Assembly (NCBI GenBank): GCA_963740355.1
Contig: CAVUDW010000002.1
Location: 384,001-448,000 of the forward strand
DNA: 64,000 bases
Source of the DNA: an uncultured Gemmatimonadaceae bacterium
GTDB lineage: Bacteria > Gemmatimonadota > Gemmatimonadetes > Gemmatimonadales > Gemmatimonadaceae
Reading direction: 5' to 3'
In this document: positions 10,119 through 18,904 of the stretch, in pieces
How positions within the stretch are numbered: position 1 is the stretch's first letter
Layout of the letters: each line of letters begins with the position of its first letter
Position numbers and translations under genes: made by a program
The notes under the pieces: generated by a model
Database searches by the model: none
Told to the model about the DNA's origin: nothing
What the model saw: only the letters and a program-made list of their open reading frames with translations

Positions 10119-11770
10119 GCCGTCGATCGCTCGTGCTCGCCGTCCCGATCATCGCGCTCCTGCTCTGGATCGTGGCGTTTCCCAACGTCGCTGTGATTGC
10201 GGGCAGTCTCGATGGTGGATTCCAGCACTGGATGGAGTTCTTCCGCAGCCCCTCTGATCGCGAGGCCCTCTGGACCTCCATCTGGATCAGTGTGGCCAGT
10301 GTGGTGGCCAGCATCGCGATCGGCCTCCCGCTCGCGTTTCTTCTGCAGCGCGCCGACTTTCCCGGCCGCAAGGTGCTCAGCGCCGTCGCCACCTTGCCGG
10401 CCGCGCTGCCGCCATTGGTCGGCGTGATCGCGTTCCTCTTTCTGTATGGGGAGAGCGGCGCATTGACGCGCGTTGTGCAGCGCCTGCTGCATCTCGAGCA
10501 TGCACCCTGGTCGCTCGGCGGACCGTGGGCGATCGTGTTCGTGCACGCCTACACGATGTATGTGTATGTCTACCTGTTCGTGAGCGCGGCGCTCGAGAAC
10601 TTCGACACCTCGCTCGATGAAGCGGCGCGCGGACTGGGGCATGGTCCCATCCGCCGATTCGTCCGCATCACGCTGCCGCTCCTCACGCCGGCGCTGGCCG
10701 GTGGCGCGCTGCTGGTGTTCATGAGCAGCCTTGGCAGCTTCAGCGCGCCGTATGTCTTCGGTGGTGGCATCCGCGTGCTCTCGACGCAGATCATCAACTC
10801 CAAGCTCAATGATGCGCTGGGCGTGGCCTTCGTCGAGACGACGGTGCTTGCACTGAGTGCTGTCGCGGGCCTGTTGCTGCTGCGCTGGCTCGAAGGGCGA
10901 CGCCAGTACACCATCACCAGCAAGGGGCGTGCAGTTCGGACGCCGATCCGTTCGCGCGGCGCGCGGATGGTCGCGATCGTGCTCAGCACCATCGTCGTCA
11001 CCGCCCTCGTCCTGCCGCACGGCATGGTGTTGCTGACGGCGTTCGCCGTCGATGGCGCCTGGACGACGCAGGTGCTGCCACCCGAATACACGTTCGAGAA
11101 CTTCCGGCGCCTGTTCACTGATCGGCAGCTCTTTCCACCGATCCGCAACACGATCGTGATGGCGTTCATCGCCACCGCGGCCAACGTCGTGATCTGTTTC
11201 GTGATCGGCTATCTCACCGTGCTGCGCAAGTTTTCGGGCCGCAAGCTGCTCGAGATTCTCGCCGTCCTGCCGTGGACCATTCCGCCGACGGCCATCGCCA
11301 TTGGGCTTGCATCGACGTTCGACTCCTTCGAACCGTGGCGCGGGAAGGTGCTGCTGGTCGGCACCTTCTGGATCTTGCCCCTGGCCTACTTCATCCGCGG
11401 GCTGCCACTCGTCACCAGTGCGGTCCAGAGTTCGCTGAAGCAGATGGAACCGAGCGTGGAAGATGCGGCACGCGGACTTGGTGCGAGCTGGTGGCTGACG
11501 ATGCGCCGAGTGGTGATTCCCGCTGCCATGCCCGGACTGATCGCCGGTGGCGTGCTCGCTGCGATCACCGCCATCGGCGAATTCGTGGCGACGGTGTTGC
11601 TCTTCACGCTCAGCAATCGCACCATCTCGGTCGAAGTGCTGCAGCAGTTGCGCAGCCAGGCGTTTGGCACAGCGTCGGCGTACAGCGTGCTGCTCATCCT
11701 GATGACCTTCGTGCTCACGCTCACCGCGCGCTGGCTGCAGGGCAGGGCTGAGCCAATGGTGGTGCAGTAG
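10115..11770 (+). CDS. ABC transporter permease (FbpB/AfuB-type, duplicated TM domain)
   Basis: Two EAA-loop motifs (LDEAARGLG, VEDAARGLGA); many TM helices; GTGA overlap with upstream gene. Confidence 0.92.
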   Translation: MSRRSLVLAVPIIALLLWIVAFPNVAVIAGSLDGGFQHWMEFFRSPSDREALWTSIWISVASVVASIAIGLPLAFLLQRADFPGRKVLSAVATLPAALPPLVGVIAFLFLYGESGALTRVVQRLLHLEHAPWSLGGPWAIVFVHAYTMYVYVYLFVSAALENFDTSLDEAARGLGHGPIRRFVRITLPLLTPALAGGALLVFMSSLGSFSAPYVFGGGIRVLSTQIINSKLNDALGVAFVETTVLALSAVAGLLLLRWLEGRRQYTITSKGRAVRTPIRSRGARMVAIVLSTIVVTALVLPHGMVLLTAFAVDGAWTTQVLPPEYTFENFRRLFTDRQLFPPIRNTIVMAFIATAANVVICFVIGYLTVLRKFSGRKLLEILAVLPWTIPPTAIAIGLASTFDSFEPWRGKVLLVGTFWILPLAYFIRGLPLVTSAVQSSLKQMEPSVEDAARGLGASWWLTMRRVVIPAAMPGLIAGGVLAAITAIGEFVATVLLFTLSNRTISVEVLQQLRSQAFGTASAYSVLLILMTFVLTLTARWLQGRAEPMVVQ

Positions 11771-11784
11771 TCGGCTGCGCCAGC

Positions 11785-12879
11785 CTACTTCTTCTTTGCC
11801 TCGGCCAGCGTCTTGATCCGTTCTGACTCGGCGGGGAGGAAGTCGCGCGAGAAGACCTGGTCCCACTCCGGGCTGCGCTGCATCCGTTCCGCGGCGCGCA
11901 TCAGCTTGATGGTGATGGCGAAGCGCTTCGGGTCGATATCGCCGAGTCCTTGTGTGGCTCCCTCAGGGCCACCCATGTCGCCATACATCGAACGTAGCAG
12001 GCGATTGCGCTCCACTTCGGCACGTAGCGATGGATTGCGACGACGTGCCTCACTGATCGCGGCGTCGGGATCGTTGATCGACGCCAGCAATCCGCGATTC
12101 GCGGCCCGTACGAACGCCTTCACCAGCGCCGGTTCATGCATGATCATCGCGCGCGATGCAATCAGGGCATTGCCGTAGAGCTCAGGCGCCACATCCCGAT
12201 AGCGAATGAACCTGATCGTGGAATCCGCGTCGCGCCCTGACGCCTCGATCGCCGCCATGCCCGCGGAAATGTCACCGAAGATTGCATCCGCTCGACCATC
12301 TTCCAGCGCGATGAGCAGTGTCTCCCACGCGCTGGAGTCGGAGGTGATCGTCAGGTTCGCTTCGGTGATGCCGGCCTTGGTGGCAAAGGCGTCGAAGGTG
12401 TTCAGCGCCGCGTCGGTGGATTGCCCGAAGATCTTCTTCCCCTGCAACTGCTTCACCGTGACGATCGGGCTGCTGCGCTTCACCATGATCGCGGCCGGCG
12501 AGCGATTGTAGAGCATGTACACGCCGAGTGGTGTCGAGTCGGGGCGTACCGACGCTTCCTCGGTCAGTGCATTGATGTCGCCGTAGCCGAAGTCGAATGG
12601 CTCGCTCACCATGCGATTGGCCACCGCGTACGCACCGTGGGCTGACGTGAACTGCACGTCGAGGCCTTCGTTGCGGAAGTAGCCACGCGTGTCCGCCAGC
12701 AGCAGCCAGGCATTGGTGCCGGAGAAGGCGGAGTTGAGGAGCACACGCACCGTGCGGCGGGCACCTGGCGTCGCTGCGCCGCTGGTGCTCTGGGCTGCGA
12801 TCGGGGCTGGAAGGTGCAACGCGAGACTCATCGCCACTGCCATCAGCCGCAAACTTCCGAACGCCATGATCCCCCTCAC
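11785..12879 (-). CDS. NMT1/THI5-like ABC substrate-binding protein
   Basis: Signal peptide; GYFRNEGLDV, DFGYGDINAL, LYGNALIAS, VKAFVRA. Start could be ATG 12867. Confidence 0.85.
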   Translation of the reverse strand: MRGIMAFGSLRLMAVAMSLALHLPAPIAAQSTSGAATPGARRTVRVLLNSAFSGTNAWLLLADTRGYFRNEGLDVQFTSAHGAYAVANRMVSEPFDFGYGDINALTEEASVRPDSTPLGVYMLYNRSPAAIMVKRSSPIVTVKQLQGKKIFGQSTDAALNTFDAFATKAGITEANLTITSDSSAWETLLIALEDGRADAIFGDISAGMAAIEASGRDADSTIRFIRYRDVAPELYGNALIASRAMIMHEPALVKAFVRAANRGLLASINDPDAAISEARRRNPSLRAEVERNRLLRSMYGDMGGPEGATQGLGDIDPKRFAITIKLMRAAERMQRSPEWDQVFSRDFLPAESERIKTLAEAKKK

Positions 12880-12899
12880 GCTGAAACGTGACTGCTCCT

Positions 12900-13397
12900 T
12901 CAGACCCCACCTTTCAGACGATCCTGCCGCGCGCGGGTCAGCAGGTCGATCTGCCCGCCATGATAGGCACCGTGCTCCACCACGCCGTGCAGCATGGTGC
13001 GCGCGGAGTAGTCACGTCCGGACACCCGCTTGTCGAGCAGTGCCGGATCCAGCGCCCGCACGGCAGCCGCGAGGCGCAAGTGCTTGTCCAGCATGGACTT
13101 CCGCGCCTTACCCCACGCCGCTTCGGTCAGCCGCGCAGGTACCGGCGGCCAGTCGGCATCGGTTCGGTCATCGAGGGTGTCGTCGCGCGGGCCGAACGCC
13201 AGGCGCCTCTCCACGATCTCGGCCCACATGCCGACATGCAGCACCACCTCCCAGATGGAGTGGGCTCCGGCGATCGGGTGCGAGGCTGCGTCCGCAGCGG
13301 TCACGCCATCCAGCAACTCGACAATCGCACTGCCGTGCCACATCGGTCCGCTGACGGTGGCCTCGATTGACCGCGCGATTCGTTCGATTTCGGGCAC
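12900..13397 (-). CDS. DinB family protein
   Basis: WHG, HSIWEVVLH, HGVVEHGAYHGGQI; GGAGG SD before GTG. Confidence 0.88.
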   Translation of the reverse strand: MPEIERIARSIEATVSGPMWHGSAIVELLDGVTAADAASHPIAGAHSIWEVVLHVGMWAEIVERRLAFGPRDDTLDDRTDADWPPVPARLTEAAWGKARKSMLDKHLRLAAAVRALDPALLDKRVSGRDYSARTMLHGVVEHGAYHGGQIDLLTRARQDRLKGGV

Positions 13398-13455
13398 TTC
13401 CAGCCTCCGTGGATGGCATCGGTGTGGCGCGACTTCGTACAGGGAATTCAGTGGG

Positions 13456-13616
13456 TAAGTCGTTGTTGCTCAGGCGGTTACCCCAAAACCAAGGGGTCGG
13501 AGATCTTGATCGGCTTTTTTGAAGCCTAAGTCATTATGGAACAACGCGTTAGCTGCGGATCAAGATCTCCGACCCCCTTAGTCCCGACCCCTTGGTCACT
13601 ACGCCCCTTGGTCACT
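13456..13616. repeat. Composite palindromic intergenic element (REP/MITE-like)
   Basis: Perfect 19-bp inverted repeat GGGGTCGGAGATCTTGATC at 13493-13511 / 13558-13576; two 25-bp TAAGTC..TTA motifs (13456-13480, 13527-13551); tandem CCCCTTGGTCACT copies; locally AT-richer. Confidence 0.75.
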
Positions 13617-13990
13617 CACGTACGCCCCCCATCCATCTCCGCCAGCACCTTCTTCGGCGCTGCCTGCCGAAACCCATCCTCCAACAGCGCCGCGATCGCC
13701 CCCCAAGGGGGCCGCTTGTCGAGCCAGACGCCGATCCAGCCGCTCGGCCCCACATAGGGTGGCTTGAAGTAACGATCGGGATCGTCGGCAATCAGCAACG
13801 CCTGATTCGCCGGCCTCGCCTTGATCCAGACCGCCGGCCGACCCGCCCCGTGATGGTTGGTGGGACTCGCGTAGGTGGCGAACAGCTTCTCCTTCACCCG
13901 GAACGTCGGCTCACCCCACGCCACCTTCTCGCTGCTGGACGGAAAGGCGAGACAGAGCGCTCGCAGCTTGATCAGCGGATCTGGGGGCAT
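13616..13990 (-). CDS. MmcQ/YjbR family DNA-binding protein
   Basis: LRALCLAFP...WGEPTFRV..KLFA...DPDRYFKPPYVGPSGWIGV; ATG 13990 preceded by GAGG. Confidence 0.88.
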   Translation of the reverse strand: MPPDPLIKLRALCLAFPSSSEKVAWGEPTFRVKEKLFATYASPTNHHGAGRPAVWIKARPANQALLIADDPDRYFKPPYVGPSGWIGVWLDKRPPWGAIAALLEDGFRQAAPKKVLAEMDGGRT

Positions 13991-14255
13991 CTCGTCCTCG
14001 AAGTGCGACAATCACAACCGTGTGCGACAGCGAACGGCGCGAAGAATATGTCACGGCCCAGCGCCCGCTGGCGCCGGCGCGTTCTTCGGTACATGGTCCG
14101 GTCTGCCGCACCGACGTGAGGCAGGTCGCCGAACGTCAGCACAGTTCGGCGCAGTTTCCACGAATGTGCGGAAGCTCGCTGCCGTCAGTAGTAGTCCGAA
14201 GCGCTGTCGCCGTCGAACCACCCCACGACGATCCCCCGCCCGCCCCGGAGTCTCG

Positions 14256-15776
14256 ATGTCCCGTGTTCGATCCCTGCTGATGCTGGCCCTTGCTGCCAGT
14301 TCGCTCGCGGCCCAGCCCAGCCCCACCTCCGGCGTCACACACGGCCAGCGCGTGAAGCGACTCGCCATCCGGAACGCGCTCATCATCGATGGTACCGGCA
14401 CGCCGACGCGCGGACCGATGGACATCATCGTCGAAGGGAACATCATCACCGAGATGGTCGCGCTCGACCCGGTTGCGGTGCGCGCCGGCCGCGTGAAGCG
14501 CCCCGCCGCTGATGCCGAAATCGATGCCACGGGGAAGTACGTCATTCCGGGCCTCATCAACGCCCACGCCCACATGCAGTCGCAGCGCAGTGGACAGTCG
14601 ATGGGTGGATTCGAGTACAACCACAAGATCTGGCTCGCCAATGGCATCACCACCGTGCGCGAAGTCGGCGCCGAGAGTGAGTCGTTGTCCGTCGTGCTTC
14701 GCGGCCGCTCGGCGCGCGGCGAGATCGTCGCGCCACGCATGTTCATCTATCCGTTCTTCGACAACGGGAGCCGCATCCGCACCCCGGCCGAAGCGCGACT
14801 GCGCGTGCAAGCGCTGAAGAAGCTCGGCGCCGACGGCATCAAGATCGGTGGCATCCAGCGCGACCTGATGGAGGCGATGGAAGACGAAGCGCACAAGCTC
14901 GGCATGCGCATCGCGCACCACGTGGGTGTTGAGGAGACGAACGCCTGGGACGACGTGAAGTTCGGCACCACCAGCATCGAACACTGGTACGGCATTCCCG
15001 ATGCCGCGATTCCCGATCTCCGTCAGCACTTCCCGAGTGACTACAACTACTCCGACGAGACCGATCGTTTCCGGTGGGCCGGTCGTCTCTGGCGAGAAGC
15101 CGATCCGAAAATTCTCGATTCGTTGCTGACGGCGATGGTGAAGGCGAACGTGGCCTGGGTGCCGACCATGGACATCTACGAAGCCAGCCGCGACCTGCAG
15201 CGCGCGCAGACGCAGCCCTGGTTCCAGGATTACCTGCACCCGTCGCTGGCGAACTACTTCAAGCCCGACCCCGCCAACCACGGCTCGTACTTCATCGGCT
15301 GGAGCAGCACCGACGAGGTGTACTGGAAGGAGAACTACCGCATCTGGATGGACGCGTTGCGGAAGTTCAGCCGAAAGGGCGGCCTGATCGGGTGTGGCGA
15401 CGACGCCGGCTTCATCTACGAGCTCTACGGCTATGCGCTGATCCGTGAGATGGAACTGCACGCCGAAGCCGGCTTCAACCCGCTGCAGATCATCCAGCAC
15501 TGCACCAGCAACAACGCCAGGATCCTTGGCGAAGAGGCGCGTATCGGTCGCCTGCGTGTGGGCTGGATGGCCGACCTGGTGGTGGTTGATGGCAATCCGC
15601 TCGAGGACCTGAAGGTGCTCTACGCCGGTGGCACTTCTTCCCTGCGCGATGGTAAAGAAGTGCGTACGCTTGGGAGCGAATGGATCATCAAGGACGGGAT
15701 CCCGTACAATGGCCCGCAGTTGCTGCGGGAAGTGAAGGCGATCGTCGACGCCGCCAAGCAGGCGGTGCGGCAATAG
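14256..15776 (+). CDS. Secreted amidohydrolase-superfamily protein
   Basis: Signal peptide from ATG 14256; IDATGKYVIPGLINAHAH, NGITTVRE, SIEH, GDDAG, ADLVVVDGNPL. Confidence 0.88.
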   Translation: MSRVRSLLMLALAASSLAAQPSPTSGVTHGQRVKRLAIRNALIIDGTGTPTRGPMDIIVEGNIITEMVALDPVAVRAGRVKRPAADAEIDATGKYVIPGLINAHAHMQSQRSGQSMGGFEYNHKIWLANGITTVREVGAESESLSVVLRGRSARGEIVAPRMFIYPFFDNGSRIRTPAEARLRVQALKKLGADGIKIGGIQRDLMEAMEDEAHKLGMRIAHHVGVEETNAWDDVKFGTTSIEHWYGIPDAAIPDLRQHFPSDYNYSDETDRFRWAGRLWREADPKILDSLLTAMVKANVAWVPTMDIYEASRDLQRAQTQPWFQDYLHPSLANYFKPDPANHGSYFIGWSSTDEVYWKENYRIWMDALRKFSRKGGLIGCGDDAGFIYELYGYALIREMELHAEAGFNPLQIIQHCTSNNARILGEEARIGRLRVGWMADLVVVDGNPLEDLKVLYAGGTSSLRDGKEVRTLGSEWIIKDGIPYNGPQLLREVKAIVDAAKQAVRQ

Positions 15777-15944
15777 TGGGACGTCTCTGACAGCGACCCG
15801 GCACACAGTTCACGCCGGACTCGCGTCGCCCAGACACACCGCTGATAGGGGTTCACCCCCGCCGCAGTGTCTGCTTCACTGGCCCCTCGGCGTTCGCGCT
15901 GTGGGGCCAGTCGCGCGCCGTAGACAACCATGGAGGATGGCACG

Positions 15945-16535
15945 ATGAAGTACATGCAGAAACAGGGTCCGCTGGCACTGGCACTGCTCGTTGCCGGTGT
16001 TTCAGCCGGTTCGACACTCGGCGCGCAGGTCACGGAGGTCGCTCGCCGTCCGATCGCCGACATCGCGCACCTCACGTTCGGCTCGTTGTGCGAGGACAAG
16101 TTCGTCATTCGCAACGATGGCCCGAACCCGGTGAATCTCGAGTACGCGGTGGAGAAGGGCACCGAGCACACGCGCCTCACGCTCAACGGTCGAGAGCAGG
16201 TGGAGCTCGAATCGAAGTCGAAGGAAGCGATGGAGTTGTGGATGGACGGCAAGCTGGTCGCGAAGGCCGAGAAGGAAGGCCGGAAGTGCCGCGACGTACA
16301 GGGCAACGCGTCCGTCGCCGTTGCACCACTGGAAGTGCCGAGCACCAACAACGATCGCAATGATGACCGACGCGGTGGTATGCGTATGGGCGTCGGCGTC
16401 GGCTATGGCTATCCGTTCTACGATCCGTGGTATGGCCCGTATGGCGCCTATGGCTGGGGATACCGTCCGTTCTACTCGGGCTTCTACGGCGTGCCGATCA
16501 TCATCGGTGGCGGCCGCGGCGGACGTCGGCGCTAG
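15945..16535 (+). CDS. Hypothetical secreted protein with Gly/Tyr-rich C-terminal tail
   Basis: GGAGG SD, signal peptide, GC3-rich codons, tail GVGVGYGYPFYDPWYGPYGAYGWGY...GGGRGGRRR. Confidence 0.75.
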   Translation: MKYMQKQGPLALALLVAGVSAGSTLGAQVTEVARRPIADIAHLTFGSLCEDKFVIRNDGPNPVNLEYAVEKGTEHTRLTLNGREQVELESKSKEAMELWMDGKLVAKAEKEGRKCRDVQGNASVAVAPLEVPSTNNDRNDDRRGGMRMGVGVGYGYPFYDPWYGPYGAYGWGYRPFYSGFYGVPIIIGGGRGGRRR

Positions 16536-16566
16536 AACGTAGAAAGGCGAGTCAGCGGTCGTGCAC

Positions 16567-16608
16567 TGTCGTCGCGACGCTCGGTCGTCATCGAGCGTCG
16601 CGACGACA
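16567..16608. terminator. Long hairpin between convergent genes (probable terminator)
   Basis: Perfect 17-bp inverted repeat TGTCGTCGCGACGCTCG / CGAGCGTCGCGACGACA. Confidence 0.6.
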
Positions 16609-16640
16609 ATTCTTCGACGTAACTGCAAGCGCACGTTCCA

Positions 16641-17231
16641 TCACCGCCTCGCCCGGAATCGTCGCGCCGCCAGCACGCCGCCAATGAATCCGCCGAGATG
16701 CCCCTGCCAGCTCACACCCGGCACGCCCGGCAGGACACCAGCCACCGTCCCGCCCCAGACCACCGCGACGGCGATGCTGATCAGCACACTCGCAACGCTG
16801 CGCGCATACCACCCGGCCAGCAGCAAGAAGCCGAGGTAGCCGAAGATCACGCCACTGGCGCCGACGTGCACGGTGTTCGGTGCGCCGATCGTCCACGCCA
16901 GCAGGCCTGAGCCGAGCATCGCATACAGCGTCACGGTCAGGAAATGACGACTGTCGCGCAGCATTACCAACCAGCCGAAGAGCAGGAACGGCACCGTGTT
17001 CGCAATCAGGTGATTGAGGTTCGCGTGGAGGAACGGCGCGACCAGGATCCCGATCAATCCATCGGTGGTGCGCGGCACGATGCCGAATCGCAGCAGCGCC
17101 CCGCCCAGCACCGCGTTGACGCCGAACGTTGCCCACAGCGCCGTGACCGACGTGCCGAGGGTGACGGCCTGCGTCTTGACCGACCTGGTGACTTGTCGCG
17201 AGGTGCGTGCAACAGCGCTCTTCGATGCCAT
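16641..17231 (-). CDS. Rhomboid family intramembrane serine protease
   Basis: APFLHANLNHLIAN, HVGASG (catalytic Ser), SWQGHLGG (catalytic His). Confidence 0.93.
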   Translation of the reverse strand: MASKSAVARTSRQVTRSVKTQAVTLGTSVTALWATFGVNAVLGGALLRFGIVPRTTDGLIGILVAPFLHANLNHLIANTVPFLLFGWLVMLRDSRHFLTVTLYAMLGSGLLAWTIGAPNTVHVGASGVIFGYLGFLLLAGWYARSVASVLISIAVAVVWGGTVAGVLPGVPGVSWQGHLGGFIGGVLAARRFRARR

Positions 17232-17235
17232 GCGA

Positions 17236-17757
17236 TCAGGGAGCAGCGGGCAGCGTGTACTCGAGGTCATACGAGTGCTGCTTGCCCTCGATGATGATCA
17301 TCAGTGTGCCGCTGATTCCCGTCAGCTCATCGGTGCCGCTGTCAGGCACGATCGTGATCACCAGCGACTGCACACCGCGGGTCACGATGCCGGTGTGCTG
17401 CATCACGAAGCTCCCCTTCTTGCCCGCCACGGTGCCGGTGAACTTCTCGATCGCCGAGTAGGCCGCCGAACCCTTCACCGTCCCCATACCCGTCAGCATC
17501 TGACCCTTGCCGGTGCCGACGATGTCACCGCTGAACTGCTTGTCGATCGTCATCCGTCCCAGGGTCGCCGCATCGGTGTACGCATCGACGGGGAGGGGCG
17601 AGATCTGCACTTCGAAGGTGCCTCGGGCATGCATCGTCGCCAGCTCCATGGACTGTGAGTGAAATGCCGCATGTGCCACAGCACCCGCGGTCGTGACCTG
17701 GGCCATCGGCGTAATGGCCGACAGTGTACAGGCTCCTACGTACAGCAGGTGCCGCAT
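17236..17757 (-). CDS. DUF3224 domain protein
   Basis: ARGTFEV...DKQFSGDI...GSFVMQH...IVPDSGTDELTGISG; strong SD GGGAGG before ATG 17757, giving a signal-like N-terminus. Confidence 0.85.
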   Translation of the reverse strand: MRHLLYVGACTLSAITPMAQVTTAGAVAHAAFHSQSMELATMHARGTFEVQISPLPVDAYTDAATLGRMTIDKQFSGDIVGTGKGQMLTGMGTVKGSAAYSAIEKFTGTVAGKKGSFVMQHTGIVTRGVQSLVITIVPDSGTDELTGISGTLMIIIEGKQHSYDLEYTLPAAP

Positions 17758-17818
17758 GTTTCCTCCCATGTGTTGTCGCCCGGCGACGATCCAGTCGATC
17801 GGCCGGCGCTCGATCAAC

Positions 17819-18352
17819 CTATGGCGCCGCCAGCAGCTGTTCGACTGCGTCGGGCCAATCGGTCACGCGCCGAAAGCGCGTTTCGTTCACGTTATGGGGC
17901 GCGGTGAAGATGATTGGCTCGCCGCGGAACCGGATCAGCTGGTATGGACTGTCGTCGATCAGGTAGTCGGCGCCGATGACACTCTTGTCACCACAAAAGA
18001 TGCAGTTCGACGGCGCAATGTCGGGGAAGTGTTCACGCAGCCACTCGAACTTCGCATTGAAGCTGACGGGGTGCTCCATCGCCGCACTGGCCACGAAGAT
18101 CTCGTAGCGGTCGCTGAGGGCCCGTACCGCCTCCACCGCGCCAGGCATCAGCGGGATGTCACGAAAGAACGTCGGGTGATGCAGGTGCTCGAGGATTCGC
18201 GGGCGATGCGCCTCCGGCACGATGTGGTGGAAGTGCTTGCCATACAGGTCGTCCATCGTCAGGCCGGGGCCAAAATCCCGTGCGTACCATGCCAGCTGAT
18301 GCGCCGCCGTGTCAGCCAGCACTTCGTCCATGTCGATCGCAATGCGTTGCAC
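17819..18352 (-). CDS. 5'(3')-deoxyribonucleotidase (NT5C, HAD family)
   Basis: IAIDMDEVLAD, KFEWLREHFP, FCGDK, DYLIDD, FTAPHN. Confidence 0.92.
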   Translation of the reverse strand: MQRIAIDMDEVLADTAAHQLAWYARDFGPGLTMDDLYGKHFHHIVPEAHRPRILEHLHHPTFFRDIPLMPGAVEAVRALSDRYEIFVASAAMEHPVSFNAKFEWLREHFPDIAPSNCIFCGDKSVIGADYLIDDSPYQLIRFRGEPIIFTAPHNVNETRFRRVTDWPDAVEQLLAAP

Positions 18353-18477
18353 TTCGGATTGTCCTCCGTCGGACAGGAGAAGTCGGTATCGCCTCGCCTG
18401 AGTCTATTCGGCGCTGGAATCCCGGTGCACAGTCCGGCGTCGGCCCGCGCGACCTGCGCGCGCTGACGGTGGTTCAG

Positions 18478-18744
18478 TCAGCGGAGCTTGCGCCCGGCGT
18501 ACACCGCGATGGCCGCCGGTACACCGAAGATCATGGCGAACACCGGCAGCTCCTCGCGAAAGGAGTAGCCCGCCTGCGTGACGCCGACCCACATGTTGGT
18601 CATGGCAGCCAGCAGCCAGAAGGTGATGAAGGCGAGTGTCGCGTCCTCCACGGCCGTCCCTCCTGGCTTGCCATAGCGGCGCGCCAACACCACGCTCACA
18701 GCCCAGATCAGCATCCCGCCAAGGATGAGTATCGCCGTACGCAT
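18478..18744 (-). CDS. Small hypothetical membrane protein (about 3 TM)
   Basis: Hydrophobic helices; NMWVGVTQAGYSFREELPVF; GGAG SD. Confidence 0.75.
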   Translation of the reverse strand: MRTAILILGGMLIWAVSVVLARRYGKPGGTAVEDATLAFITFWLLAAMTNMWVGVTQAGYSFREELPVFAMIFGVPAAIAVYAGRKLR

Positions 18745-18904
18745 ACCGAACTCCGTTCAGTGTCCTGATCCGTCTCAGTCTGCGCGGAATTCAAGCGCGC
18801 GCGCCGGGGAAGCGCCAGCGATGAGGTGCGCCGCTGCCAACCGCGCGCGATACTCCTGCGTAGTCGCACGACGCCCCTGACACATCACCCTGCCCACTCC
18901 TGCC

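Noticed and set aside
9998..11866. 622-aa minus-strand ORF, and similar long ones at 14136-15806, 23417-25123 and 43054-44922
   Set aside because: They lie opposite well-supported genes and have no recognisable motifs.
13875..14255. N-terminal extension of the amidohydrolase ORF
   Set aside because: Overlaps mmcQ on the opposite strand; SD and signal peptide point to ATG 14256.
15777..15929. Hairpin-rich intergenic region as a riboswitch or ncRNA
   Set aside because: GC-rich stems are present, but I recognise no conserved riboswitch motif; an Rfam search is needed.
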